From positions 1,024,001-1,088,000 of the forward strand of contig CAXXOU010000004.1 of NCBI GenBank assembly GCA_963677495.2: a DNA stretch of 64,000 nt, given 5' to 3'. The notes below the pieces were generated by a model, which did no database searches, had not been told where the DNA came from, and was given only the letters and a program-made list of their open reading frames with translations. The stretch comes from Candidatus Cloacimonadales bacterium (GTDB lineage: Bacteria > Cloacimonadota > Cloacimonadia > Cloacimonadales > JAFGVF01). The position numbers and the translations under genes were made by a program. Of this stretch, positions 28,075-38,153 are shown piece by piece. The first letter of the stretch is position 1; each line of letters begins with the position of its first letter.

Positions 28075-30606
28075 ATGAAGAAGCTTTTACCACTGTTATT
28101 CGTCTTTGTGTTATGTAACACTTTGCTTGCAAACATTACTCGTATACAGGGACAAGGAACATCTGATTCACCGTTCCTGATATCTTCCATAGACGATATT
28201 ATAGACATTCAAAACTCATATTTTCAATTTGCTCAAGATATGCATTATTTGCAGGTTCAAGATTTTGCTATTGACCCATCTGCCTCATATTTAGCCAATA
28301 ATCCTTTGTTTGGACACTCTAATAATTTTGCAGGAGTTTATGATGGTGGAAACTATAACATTGATTTCCAGAATATTAACGGATGGACTTCTCTTTTCGG
28401 TACAACTTCTGGAGCTCATTTAATGAACATAAACTTAGTTAATATCAACTATGAGGCTATATCCTATCAAAGTCCCTTTGTAAACAATGCTATTCAAACT
28501 CTTTTTGAAAACTGTAGTGTAACCGGAACAATAAATCTTTCAGGAGATGCCGGGGGAATAGTAAACATTAATCAAGGAAGCACTATCTCTAATTGCTTTG
28601 TGAATATTGCTTTTGTTGGTGGACCTTATGCTGATGCATACAATGTTGCAGGTATTTGTTGTTCTGGATTTAATACTAATATCAGTAACTGCTTCGTTGT
28701 AGGTGAAATGCACAATACCAATGGTAGCGGGATTATAGATACTATAACAGAAGGTATAACTCCAGGAGAAACAAATCTTCATAACAATTATGTGTGTATC
28801 GATAATGTTAATAGTAGTGTAAGTGCAATGATTGGTGGCATTTGGGATAACTCAGGTCTAAATATAAGTAACAATGTTTGGAATTCAGAGCTAAACACAA
28901 CCAACCAGAGTCAGTTCAATCTAAACTTCTCAAGTTCAGAGTTGTTAGCATCAAATAACGCAGATATGCGCTTAGCTTCTACATTCACATCTATTGGTTG
29001 GGATTTCGTAGGGGAAATTGTTAATGGTAGTGACGATTATTGGTCAATAAGCCCTCAATACAATAATGGTTTCCCATACCTAACTGCTTTCAATCCTTTC
29101 ATAACTGATTTTGAAGCTGATAGTACTTCTGTTTTTGTCGATTCACAAGTCCAGTTTACAGATTTATCAGTAGGTGGAGCGAGTAATTGGAGTTGGGATT
29201 TTGATAATGATGGAGTAATTGACAGTGAGTTACAAAATCCGACTTACTCCTATTCTTTTCCTGGAACATATTCTGTAAACCTTACTACCACTTCTTCAGA
29301 TGATTCATTGAGTCTTGTTAAAACAGATTATATTGCTGTGAATCCATTACCACAACCGGATCAATATTGTGCAACTGAGAGTTTAGATTTTGGTTCAGTT
29401 TTTGACTCACAATCCAATACATTATCGATTTTGATTCAAAACATTGGAGGTGTTGAATTAGTTGTAAACAGTATCGAATCAACCGATCCTGCATATTCTG
29501 CATCTGTAAGTCAAATGGGAATACCTTTCAATGTCAGTACAGGAAGTTCACAAGATGTGGAAATAACATTCCAGCCAACAACAAATGGTGTGGTTTCGGC
29601 TACACTAACGATAAATACCAACGACCCTATAAACCCAAATCACACAATACAACTTACCGGGATAGGTCATGATCTTGTCGCAGATTTTCAAGGTGATCCA
29701 CAATCTGGGGATGTACCACTAAGTGTACAGTTTGCTAACTACTCTACAGGTACAATCATCAGTTATTTATGGGATTTTGGTGATGGTACAACTTCGACTG
29801 ATGAGTTTGGGTTTCATGAGTATCAAGTCCCGGGTACATATTCAGTATCGTTAACAGTATTTGATGCAAATCATCAGGTAACTCATATTGAAACAGACTA
29901 TATTGTAGTTAATGACTATGCAAATATAAGCACGAATCTATTGACGATTGATTTCGGTACTATCTATCTTTCATCAGCTTCCAGAGATACAACGGTTATT
30001 ATAACTAATACAGGTGTATCCGGATTACAAGTAACGGATGTAACTATAAATTATATAATGGGTAATAATGGATTCACTTTTGATTATCCTAATATGTATG
30101 AAACGATAATAGAAAATGCAACAAGCAATATGCAAATAACATTTAGCCCGGATAATGTCGGTGAATATCAATCTGAAATTGTTCTTACAAACAACTCTAA
30201 TGCTTCTCCGACTCATTCCATCTCGTTAACAGGTATCTGCGAATACAATCCTCCCAAAAATCCACAAAATGTGCAAATTACTACATCAGGTAATGATGCA
30301 ATCATAAGTTGGGATAATGTGACAGAAGATATCTTCAATAATCCAATAACACCTAACGGATATATCGTATTGTATAATGAGTCAGCGAGTACTGATAATG
30401 ATGACTACTACTTCCTCCACTATGTAAGTAGTGATTCTGTCTTCACTCATCAAAATGTTGGGTATTTCAGAGATCAGATGTACTACAGAGTTGAAGCATA
30501 TATAAGTTATAGTCCTCTTAGAACAAATGTCCTTAATGACTTAAATTCAACGAATAAAATTATAATGTATAAAGATATAGATACATACATTGAGAAACGA
30601 AAATAA
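28075..30606 (+). CDS. Secreted surface protein: GLUG-like N-region, two PKD and two choice-of-anchor-D-like Ig domains, FN3-like tail
   Basis: WSWDFDNDG and YLWDFGDG PKD motifs; LDFGSV/IDFGTI...ITFxP; GWDFVGE...NNGFPYL shared with the 13002-16744 protein; TTGACT-N17-TATCTT at 28017. Confidence 0.75.
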   Translation: MKKLLPLLFVFVLCNTLLANITRIQGQGTSDSPFLISSIDDIIDIQNSYFQFAQDMHYLQVQDFAIDPSASYLANNPLFGHSNNFAGVYDGGNYNIDFQNINGWTSLFGTTSGAHLMNINLVNINYEAISYQSPFVNNAIQTLFENCSVTGTINLSGDAGGIVNINQGSTISNCFVNIAFVGGPYADAYNVAGICCSGFNTNISNCFVVGEMHNTNGSGIIDTITEGITPGETNLHNNYVCIDNVNSSVSAMIGGIWDNSGLNISNNVWNSELNTTNQSQFNLNFSSSELLASNNADMRLASTFTSIGWDFVGEIVNGSDDYWSISPQYNNGFPYLTAFNPFITDFEADSTSVFVDSQVQFTDLSVGGASNWSWDFDNDGVIDSELQNPTYSYSFPGTYSVNLTTTSSDDSLSLVKTDYIAVNPLPQPDQYCATESLDFGSVFDSQSNTLSILIQNIGGVELVVNSIESTDPAYSASVSQMGIPFNVSTGSSQDVEITFQPTTNGVVSATLTINTNDPINPNHTIQLTGIGHDLVADFQGDPQSGDVPLSVQFANYSTGTIISYLWDFGDGTTSTDEFGFHEYQVPGTYSVSLTVFDANHQVTHIETDYIVVNDYANISTNLLTIDFGTIYLSSASRDTTVIITNTGVSGLQVTDVTINYIMGNNGFTFDYPNMYETIIENATSNMQITFSPDNVGEYQSEIVLTNNSNASPTHSISLTGICEYNPPKNPQNVQITTSGNDAIISWDNVTEDIFNNPITPNGYIVLYNESASTDNDDYYFLHYVSSDSVFTHQNVGYFRDQMYYRVEAYISYSPLRTNVLNDLNSTNKIIMYKDIDTYIEKRK

Positions 30607-30626
30607 TCTTTCAAGCATATAAAAAG

Positions 30627-30658
30627 AGCTAGTAGGATAAAATCTTGTCCTACTAGCT
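30627..30658. terminator. Hairpin between convergent genes
   Basis: agctagtagga...tcctactagct. Confidence 0.65.
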
Positions 30659-30684
30659 TAAACTTCTAGATTAAGAACTAATTA

Positions 30685-30981
30685 TTATCTCACAGTTCCA
30701 AATGCCTTTGCTTCCCAGCGTTCAGCTCGGGGTTTCTCGTTAAGGATAGCATCGAGTTTATTCAGTAAATCAATAAAGACACCGGTCTTCATGAAGGCTT
30801 GAGCGTACTTCTCATCTTTCCAGATTCCGATTGCAAGAGCTTCATCATCTTTAGTAAGTAATTGGAGTGATACAACTCCTTCCTGCTCCATACCAATATC
30901 AAACACGACTTCATTCCAGATTTGAGCACCTTTAGCTCCTGAACCCTCTTTAAACTTATAACGCATAGTTGATGCAAACAT
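30685..30981 (-). CDS. Antibiotic-biosynthesis-monooxygenase-like (dimeric alpha/beta barrel) protein
   Basis: 98 aa; QEGVVSLQLL...IGIWKDEKYAQAF pattern. Confidence 0.55.
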   Translation of the reverse strand: MFASTMRYKFKEGSGAKGAQIWNEVVFDIGMEQEGVVSLQLLTKDDEALAIGIWKDEKYAQAFMKTGVFIDLLNKLDAILNEKPRAERWEAKAFGTVR

Positions 30982-31140
30982 ATTAACTCCAGTAATTCTA
31001 ATAGTATTTAATAGTCCGAAGCATCTTACTCCAAACTCTTCACTTCAACGGGTAAATACACGCTTTTGATTGAGTTTGAATCAAGCTACATCGAATTTGT
31101 TTTTCATAAAACAAACGAAAAACATAAGATAGCTTGTTTA

Positions 31141-31782
31141 TCAACAACCTCTCTTATTGGGATCCCAGACAAATTTATGTATCTGGAGTTGGAACCTAAC
31201 TTGTAATCTATCTTCAACAATCCATTCAGCTAAAATAGCCGGTTCAAGGCTATCAATGTTGGGTGAGAACAGAAGATTACATGACTCCAAATTATGATCC
31301 TTTATAAACTCTTTAGACCAATTATAATCTGCTTTATCACTGATGACAAATTTTAATTGGTCCTCTTCCCTATTCAATAGTTCAAGGTTCTCCATACAGA
31401 ATGGTGTGTCTACATTTGCAGATGGCGTTTTGACATCCATAACAAGCGTACAAGCATCCGGAATAGCTTTTGCATATATAGTACCGTTTGTTTCAATTAG
31501 GATACTATAATCATCTTCATGTAATTTCTCTATAAGCTGAACTAACTCGTTTTGCAATAATGGTTCACCACCTGTAAACTCGACAAGTTTGATGGGAGAA
31601 TACTCTTTTATCTTTGCAACAATCTGATCAAGCGACATCTCAGTACCTTCTTCAAAGGCATAAGTGGTATCACAATATGAACAACGAATATTACATCCGG
31701 TAAGACGGACAAAGATACATGGAAGACCTGTTGCTAATGATTCTCCCTGAATACTTAGGAAGATCTCGTTGATTTTGAGCAT
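31141..31782 (-). CDS. queE: 7-carboxy-7-deazaguanine synthase (radical SAM)
   Basis: EIFLSIQGE, RLTGCNIRCSYCDT, TGGEPLLQ, IETNG, QLQIHK. Confidence 0.88.
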   Translation of the reverse strand: MLKINEIFLSIQGESLATGLPCIFVRLTGCNIRCSYCDTTYAFEEGTEMSLDQIVAKIKEYSPIKLVEFTGGEPLLQNELVQLIEKLHEDDYSILIETNGTIYAKAIPDACTLVMDVKTPSANVDTPFCMENLELLNREEDQLKFVISDKADYNWSKEFIKDHNLESCNLLFSPNIDSLEPAILAEWIVEDRLQVRFQLQIHKFVWDPNKRGC

Positions 31783-31785
31783 AGA

Positions 31786-32988
31786 TTAAAAGGGTAAATA
31801 AGGAAAGTCTTTGTGATATCCGAGAACAGAATCAACTTCATGATTCAGTGCTTCCGGGTTACCTACAACAAACTTATCTCCATTTGAAGTTGATATAAAT
31901 GAATAGTCAGCAGGATTACAATCAAATGAAGTAAACAGCTCCATGTCACCATAAAGTGGCCTACCTTTATAAACCATAAGTCTGATATTCTCAGGATTCA
32001 AATAAGCCAGATTCTCGTATGGATCAGCTTTAATCATGTCTGTAACAAGAACTGAGTCAGTTTGCTCATTTAGAACCCATTTTTGGTCCAACATTAAAGC
32101 TTTAGCACTGTTGACTGTTATCATGTCGTAGACTTGTTTCATTGATATCTGAGGATAGTGTTTCTTAATGAACTTGAACTCTTCAAACATATTTAAACTA
32201 CTGGACATAGATGAATCAGTGCCAATCACCACATTTACACCAGCTTTAATGGCATAATCAATATCAACTGATTCTCCAATCAGGAACTCATTAGAGTATG
32301 GGCACCAGCAAATTGAAGCACCTAACTCTGCCATCTTATCTATCTCCGTATGAGTAAGTGAGATGCAATGAATCAGTATAGTGTTGTTACTGATAATTCC
32401 CATATCAAGGGCTTTCTTGAACTCAGCCCTTGTGGTTTCATCAAGTCCTTCCCCTAAGTGCATTATGAACGGTTTTTTGCCTTTAGCAGCAATAAACTCT
32501 TCAGAAGCAGTACCCCCACCCCACCAGTTACCAAGAGTAATTGAGTGATGCTGAGTATATTCACGAACCAACTCAATAGGCATTTGGTCATAGTAGTTAA
32601 AAGGTTGAGGAGGTATATGGTCTTGCACGACTGCACAACCGGAAAATAGGTTTTTATAAGCCCCGAGCAATGCTACTTTATGCCCATTATCTTTTGTAAT
32701 GTCATCAAATCCCTTGTTAATCCAGAACTTATTACGTTCTAAATAAGCCTGAGAATCTTTCATATCTTCTACCCAAAGGTGGGAATTAATATATGGTCGA
32801 TTAGTCCCGGCACGGGGATACCAATTACTGACTAGGTGATCATGAGCATTAATAAAAGGCATATACGCCACAGTATTAGATTCCAACTTCAGATGTCTGC
32901 TTTGATCAGAACCAGCATCTATATCCAATCGTTGCTTGGTGACAACCTTGTTGGAATCCAATACTATTTGCGTTGGGGTTAGATACAT
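31786..32988 (-). CDS. Amidohydrolase-family protein
   Basis: NAHDHL, HLGEG, IHC, WCPYSN, GTDS metal-binding motifs. Confidence 0.8.
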   Translation of the reverse strand: MYLTPTQIVLDSNKVVTKQRLDIDAGSDQSRHLKLESNTVAYMPFINAHDHLVSNWYPRAGTNRPYINSHLWVEDMKDSQAYLERNKFWINKGFDDITKDNGHKVALLGAYKNLFSGCAVVQDHIPPQPFNYYDQMPIELVREYTQHHSITLGNWWGGGTASEEFIAAKGKKPFIMHLGEGLDETTRAEFKKALDMGIISNNTILIHCISLTHTEIDKMAELGASICWCPYSNEFLIGESVDIDYAIKAGVNVVIGTDSSMSSSLNMFEEFKFIKKHYPQISMKQVYDMITVNSAKALMLDQKWVLNEQTDSVLVTDMIKADPYENLAYLNPENIRLMVYKGRPLYGDMELFTSFDCNPADYSFISTSNGDKFVVGNPEALNHEVDSVLGYHKDFPYLPF

Positions 32989-32991
32989 TAT

Positions 32992-34170
32992 TTAGTCAAT
33001 TTTTTTTATTAGCAGTGGTAAAATCTCAAAGAGATCTCCTACAATACCCAAATCTGCCACTTTAAAGATAGGTGCTTCCGGATCTTTATTAATTGCAATG
33101 ATATAATCTGATGAAGACATACCGGCAAGATGCTGGATAGCACCTGAAATACCTGAAGCAATGTATATTCTTGGTTTAACCGTCTTACCGGTTTGACCAA
33201 TCTGATGATTATATGAAATCCATCCTGCATCAACAGCTGCTCTTGATGCTGCAACAGCACCTTCAAGTTTTTCTGCAAGATTGTGAAGTAAGTCGAAACC
33301 TTCTGGTCCTTTAAGGCCACGACCACCTGAGATAATAAAATCAGCTTCAGTAACGTTGATTAGTCCGGTTTCCTCTTTAACACTTTCAAGAAGAACTGAA
33401 CCATCGCTTTGACCGGCAAGGTCAACTTTCTCAACAACTACTTTACCCACTCTGTTGTCATCTCTTTCAAGCGGAGTCATGACTTTATGACGTACTGTGG
33501 CTAACTGAGGCCTATGGTCAGGAGTAACAATAGTTGCCATTATGTTACCACCGAAAGCTGGACGAGTCTGAAGTAAGTCTCCGGAATCAGAATCGATTTC
33601 AAGACCGGTACAATCAGCAGTTAAACCTGTATGAAGCGAAACCGCTACACGTGGAATGAAGGAACGTCCGATAACGGAAGCACCTGCAAGTACAATCTCA
33701 GGTTTATACTTTTCACTTACAGCAACCATAGCCTGAGTGTAAAGATGATCAGTGAACTTTTCAAGTTCAGGTTCGTTGACATAAAGAACTTCATCTGCAC
33801 CAAAAGCAATGAGCTCTTTGCTGAGTTCATCAACATTGTATCCGAGAAGTACAGCACTTAAAGGAACTTCAAGCTGATCAGCGAGTTCTCTGCCTTTACC
33901 AAGAAGTTCAAGTACAACCGGTGCTAGTTCTCCATCTCTCTGTTCAGCATAAACCCAAACACCTTTGAAGTCTGCTTTGTTAATAGTTGAACGTGAGTTT
34001 TTTCTTATAAAAATAGCATCAAATGGGCAATCAGTAACACATGCTCCACATAGAACGCAATTATCTGCATTAATTTCTGCAACTTTGTTTGTTATTGTAA
34101 TAGCATTGTAAGCACATGATTTGATACATTTTCCACAGCCTACACATTTTTCGACGATAACTTCAATCAT
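32992..34170 (-). CDS. etfA: Electron transfer flavoprotein alpha subunit with N-terminal 2x[4Fe-4S] ferredoxin
   Basis: CVGCGKCIKSC and CVLCGACVTDC; TGLTADCT, RPAFGG, QIGQTGKTV, GISGAIQH. Confidence 0.92.
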   Translation of the reverse strand: MIEVIVEKCVGCGKCIKSCAYNAITITNKVAEINADNCVLCGACVTDCPFDAIFIRKNSRSTINKADFKGVWVYAEQRDGELAPVVLELLGKGRELADQLEVPLSAVLLGYNVDELSKELIAFGADEVLYVNEPELEKFTDHLYTQAMVAVSEKYKPEIVLAGASVIGRSFIPRVAVSLHTGLTADCTGLEIDSDSGDLLQTRPAFGGNIMATIVTPDHRPQLATVRHKVMTPLERDDNRVGKVVVEKVDLAGQSDGSVLLESVKEETGLINVTEADFIISGGRGLKGPEGFDLLHNLAEKLEGAVAASRAAVDAGWISYNHQIGQTGKTVKPRIYIASGISGAIQHLAGMSSSDYIIAINKDPEAPIFKVADLGIVGDLFEILPLLIKKID

Positions 34171-34246
34171 TAATTTCTCCTGGAATTATCTATATTCATA
34201 TTTCATAACATTTATCAAATATAGTCAATATTTTTATTTATAATCT

Positions 34247-35512
34247 CTATTCAAAATAGAAAATAGCTTGAATTGGATTGATCTTTGCTGCTTTAATTGC
34301 CGGATAAAGCCCGGACACGAATCCAATCAACATCGAGAATCCGAAACCAAGTAAGATACCTAATATAGGGATACTAAACGGCATCCCTACAACAGTTGAG
34401 AATATCTTTAACAGAATCATAGCAAGACTTGTTCCTCCTATTGCACCTAGTATGGCAAGACTAAGTGCTTCAGCGATAAAGTAGAAGAATATATCTCCTT
34501 CCGTCGCTCCTATACTCTTTCTAATACCAATCTCTGTCATTCTTTCAGTAATTGATATAAGTAATGTACTAAAAAGGCCTATACCACCAACTATCAAAGA
34601 TACTGAAGCTATGATAGAAAGAGTTATATTGAACTTATCCATCATCTTCTTTGTTTGCTCTGTTATCTGCATTAGGAAAGATCCGACATTCTGGAACCCG
34701 AAGTTTGGGTACATCTGATGAGTAGAAAGTAATAACTGACGGGCACGATTCTTAAGGAACTTATACTCTTCAAGTGATGGTGATTGCAGATAAATATAAT
34801 CTATAGCACCATTGTTTCTTAAGTATTTTGCTCCTGTTGAAAGAGGTATATAAACTGCACGAAGGTCAGCCTTTCTTTCCCAAGCATTAAAGTTAAAGTT
34901 TTTGCGCTTTGATAACGGGTCATCAGCAAGGATACCAATAATTCTATAATTCTGGTCACCGAGATAGATAACTTTATTCAATGGGGTTTTATTGTTAAAA
35001 TACTTCTTCGCAAAATAATGACCAACTACGCAGACTTTTACACTATTATTCTCTTCATAACGAGAAAAGTATCTACCTTTTCCTATATCATAAGTCTTGT
35101 TAATAAAGAAATCAGTATTTGTTGCTCGTACTTTCACGTATTTCTTTTTATTATGATGTCGGTAATTGCTATTCTCTTCAATCATGCCATAGCTCATCTT
35201 AACTGATAAACTATCTGTTAGCATTTTATAGTCTTTGAAGTTTAAAGGCTCAACAGTTCGGCGTCTTCTACGACCATATCGCCATCTCATAGACCAGTAA
35301 TTCTGTTGAGCAGATGGTGTAATGATTATTGAGTTGTCCCACCCAAGTTTCTCCATGTTATCCATAACAAACGATTTCATTCCGTTTATAGCTGAAAACA
35401 TGGTAACAACAGCCATTACACCAATTACTATCCCAATAAGCGTAAGGAATGACCTTAGCTTATGCGAGAGTATTGTCTGTAAACTGCTACTGAAACTATC
35501 TCTTAAATGCAT
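34247..35512 (-). CDS. MacB/FtsX-family ABC transporter permease
   Basis: RSFLTLIGIVIG, SLIVGGIG...ERMTEIGIRKSIGA, GLYPAIKAAKINPI. Confidence 0.88.
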   Translation of the reverse strand: MHLRDSFSSSLQTILSHKLRSFLTLIGIVIGVMAVVTMFSAINGMKSFVMDNMEKLGWDNSIIITPSAQQNYWSMRWRYGRRRRRTVEPLNFKDYKMLTDSLSVKMSYGMIEENSNYRHHNKKKYVKVRATNTDFFINKTYDIGKGRYFSRYEENNSVKVCVVGHYFAKKYFNNKTPLNKVIYLGDQNYRIIGILADDPLSKRKNFNFNAWERKADLRAVYIPLSTGAKYLRNNGAIDYIYLQSPSLEEYKFLKNRARQLLLSTHQMYPNFGFQNVGSFLMQITEQTKKMMDKFNITLSIIASVSLIVGGIGLFSTLLISITERMTEIGIRKSIGATEGDIFFYFIAEALSLAILGAIGGTSLAMILLKIFSTVVGMPFSIPILGILLGFGFSMLIGFVSGLYPAIKAAKINPIQAIFYFE

Positions 35513-35515
35513 AAC

Positions 35516-37735
35516 CTACTTCACAACAGTTTTACATTCCGGACAGATTTTGTAATCTCCATCTTTCTTCGAATGCTTCTGATAAAGGAAATAATGCCCA
35601 CAATTAGGACACTTTTCATCTACTGGTTTATCGTTTGATATGAACTTACATTTTGGGTAGTTTGTACATGAGTAGAAGAGTTTTCCGCGTTTATTCTTCT
35701 TTTCAGTAATGAAACCTTCCTTGCAATCAGGACATTTAATCCCTGTATGAATTGCTTCAGTATACTTACAAGTAGGATAATTAGAACATGCTATAAACTT
35801 ACCGAATCTACCTGATTTAACAGTAAGCTCACTACCGCATTTCGGACACTCTCTATCAAGCTTTTCCTCTTCTTTGATTTTGATAGTACCATCTTCATCA
35901 CGAGTAAAGTTTTTAATATTTCTACATTTCGGGAAGTTATCACAAGACAGGAACTGACCATTAGAGCCCCACCTTACAACGAGATGTCCCTCTCCACACT
36001 TGTCACACTTCATATCTGTAGTTTCCTGAAGCTTTTTCTTCAGCGCTTTGACATCAACATCTGCCATCTGTCCCTTCAGACTGCCATAGTACTTGCCTAA
36101 CAGGTCAACATAATCTATCTTTCCAAATTCGACCGAGTCTAAGTCATTCTCCATATCAGCAGTAAAAGCTACATTAAAGAACTTCTCAAAACTTTGTACA
36201 AGGAATGAATTCACATGTATTCCAAGCTCAGTTGGGAAGAAGTTTTTCTTCTCCATTTCAACATACTTACGAAGTATTATAGTATTTATGATAGTAGCAT
36301 ATGTAGATGGTCTACCTATTCCATCAGCTTCCATCTCTTTGATTAATGAAGCTTCACTATATCTACTTGGTGGTTTTGTGAAATGCTGATTAGTTTTGAG
36401 CTCATCAGTTTTAACAGCATCACCTTCAGCATAAGCTGCATCAATTAACTCACCTTTGTTTACTTTGACATGAGGGTATGCTTCTAGGAAACCTTTGCTT
36501 TCAATAATAGAACCGGAAGTATTAAATTGTCCTGGTCCAGCAACTGTTTCGATTTTAATTGTATTTACTTTAGCAGGAACCATCTGAGTTGCAACAAATC
36601 TCTGCCAGATAAGAGTGTATAATCTTAGTTCATCACGATCAAGACTCTTTGCGAGCATTTCAGGAGTATTGAAGGGATTTGTTGGTCTGATTGCTTCATG
36701 AGCATCTTGTGCTTTGTTCTTGTTCTTAAAATGTCTCTGCTTATCGTGTAAGAAACCTTTACCCCATCTCTCACCGATTAAATCACGGCAACTATTCAAA
36801 GCTTCACCGGACATTCTGACGGAGTCAGTACGCATGTATGAAATAAGACCTTTACGTTCACCATCAAAATCAATACCTTCATAAAGCTTCTGGGCAATCG
36901 TCATGGTTCTTTTAGCTGAAAAGTTCAATATCTTTGAAGCTTCCTGCTGAAGTGTACTTGTAATAAATGGTGGTAAAGGATGAAGTTTACGCTGAGACTT
37001 TGTAATCTTATCAATATTAATCTCATTATTTTTAAGCTTTTCAACAACTTCAGTAGCCTCATCTATATTGGCCATTTTTATCTTCTTACCATTGATCTTC
37101 TCGAGTACAGCTTTGTAAGGTTCTGCTCCATCTTTGTAGAATTCAGCAGAGATACTCCAATACTCTTCAGGGACAAATGCTTTGATTTGCTCTTCACGTT
37201 CACAAATAAGTCTAAGTGCAACTGATTGCACACGCCCTGCACTAAGACCTTTATATATACCTTTCCATAAGAAAGGGCTTACTTGATAACCTACTATCCT
37301 ATCAAGGATTCTACGAGCTTGCTGTGCATTGACTCTATTTTCATCTATCTCTCTTGGGTTTCTAATAGATTCCTGAACAGCTTTTTGAGTAATCTCATTA
37401 AACTCGATTCTTTTTATCTTTTTGCCTTTAATCTCTTTCTTCAGCACTTGAGTTAAATGCCATGCAATTGCCTCTCCCTCTCGATCAGGGTCAGCAGCAA
37501 GAAAGATTGTATTCGCTTCTTTTACAGCTTCTTTTAAAGCAGAGATAACTTTAGACTTGGTTCTATCTGTTACATATTTTGCTTTAAATTTATTCTCTAA
37601 ATCAACACCAAAATCTTTCTTTGGTAAATCTCTTACGTGTCCCATTGAAGCTAATATATTATACTTACCTTTAAGGAACTTACTGATTGTGCTGGCCTTT
37701 GCAGCTGACTCCACAATAATTAAATCTTTTGCCAT
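35516..37735 (-). CDS. topA: DNA topoisomerase I
   Basis: IVESAAKA, DPDREGEAI, SAGRVQS, YMRTDS; C-terminal Zn ribbons. Confidence 0.96.
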   Translation of the reverse strand: MAKDLIIVESAAKASTISKFLKGKYNILASMGHVRDLPKKDFGVDLENKFKAKYVTDRTKSKVISALKEAVKEANTIFLAADPDREGEAIAWHLTQVLKKEIKGKKIKRIEFNEITQKAVQESIRNPREIDENRVNAQQARRILDRIVGYQVSPFLWKGIYKGLSAGRVQSVALRLICEREEQIKAFVPEEYWSISAEFYKDGAEPYKAVLEKINGKKIKMANIDEATEVVEKLKNNEINIDKITKSQRKLHPLPPFITSTLQQEASKILNFSAKRTMTIAQKLYEGIDFDGERKGLISYMRTDSVRMSGEALNSCRDLIGERWGKGFLHDKQRHFKNKNKAQDAHEAIRPTNPFNTPEMLAKSLDRDELRLYTLIWQRFVATQMVPAKVNTIKIETVAGPGQFNTSGSIIESKGFLEAYPHVKVNKGELIDAAYAEGDAVKTDELKTNQHFTKPPSRYSEASLIKEMEADGIGRPSTYATIINTIILRKYVEMEKKNFFPTELGIHVNSFLVQSFEKFFNVAFTADMENDLDSVEFGKIDYVDLLGKYYGSLKGQMADVDVKALKKKLQETTDMKCDKCGEGHLVVRWGSNGQFLSCDNFPKCRNIKNFTRDEDGTIKIKEEEKLDRECPKCGSELTVKSGRFGKFIACSNYPTCKYTEAIHTGIKCPDCKEGFITEKKNKRGKLFYSCTNYPKCKFISNDKPVDEKCPNCGHYFLYQKHSKKDGDYKICPECKTVVK

Positions 37736-37742
37736 ATCTATC

Positions 37743-38153
37743 CTAATTCTTTGTTAACTCTGTTTGTCCTGAAATCATTTCCAGATAGCCTCTTGAAGAG
37801 ACGTTCTGAACTCCTGTAAACATGTAGATTGTTACGATTTTTTCAAGCCTGTCTCTGTCAACTCTTGAATGTGTTTCATTATATATGTTCACACAAGCAT
37901 TAAGAATGTTCTCTAAGTCCATTGCAGTGATTGATTCCATCTGCAATAGTGTTAACAGATAACCGTATGCTCCAGTTGTTAGAGCATAGTTTTCTTGTCT
38001 GCTCAACATCCTGTTATAAGTGCTTTTCTCCTTGTCTTGAAGCGTGAGAAGGTTATAAAGAAAATCCTTCTCCTCATCAGTTAGAAGATTAAGCATCTCA
38101 TCTGTAATATCGCTATCTAAAGCCTTTATCATGTCCGTTTTATCAATCTTCAT
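37743..38153 (-). CDS. Smg/DUF494-like protein (remote)
   Basis: RMLSRQE...AYGYLLTL...ITAMDLENIL resembles the DUF494 core; lies directly upstream of topA. Confidence 0.5.
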   Translation of the reverse strand: MKIDKTDMIKALDSDITDEMLNLLTDEEKDFLYNLLTLQDKEKSTYNRMLSRQENYALTTGAYGYLLTLLQMESITAMDLENILNACVNIYNETHSRVDRDRLEKIVTIYMFTGVQNVSSRGYLEMISGQTELTKN

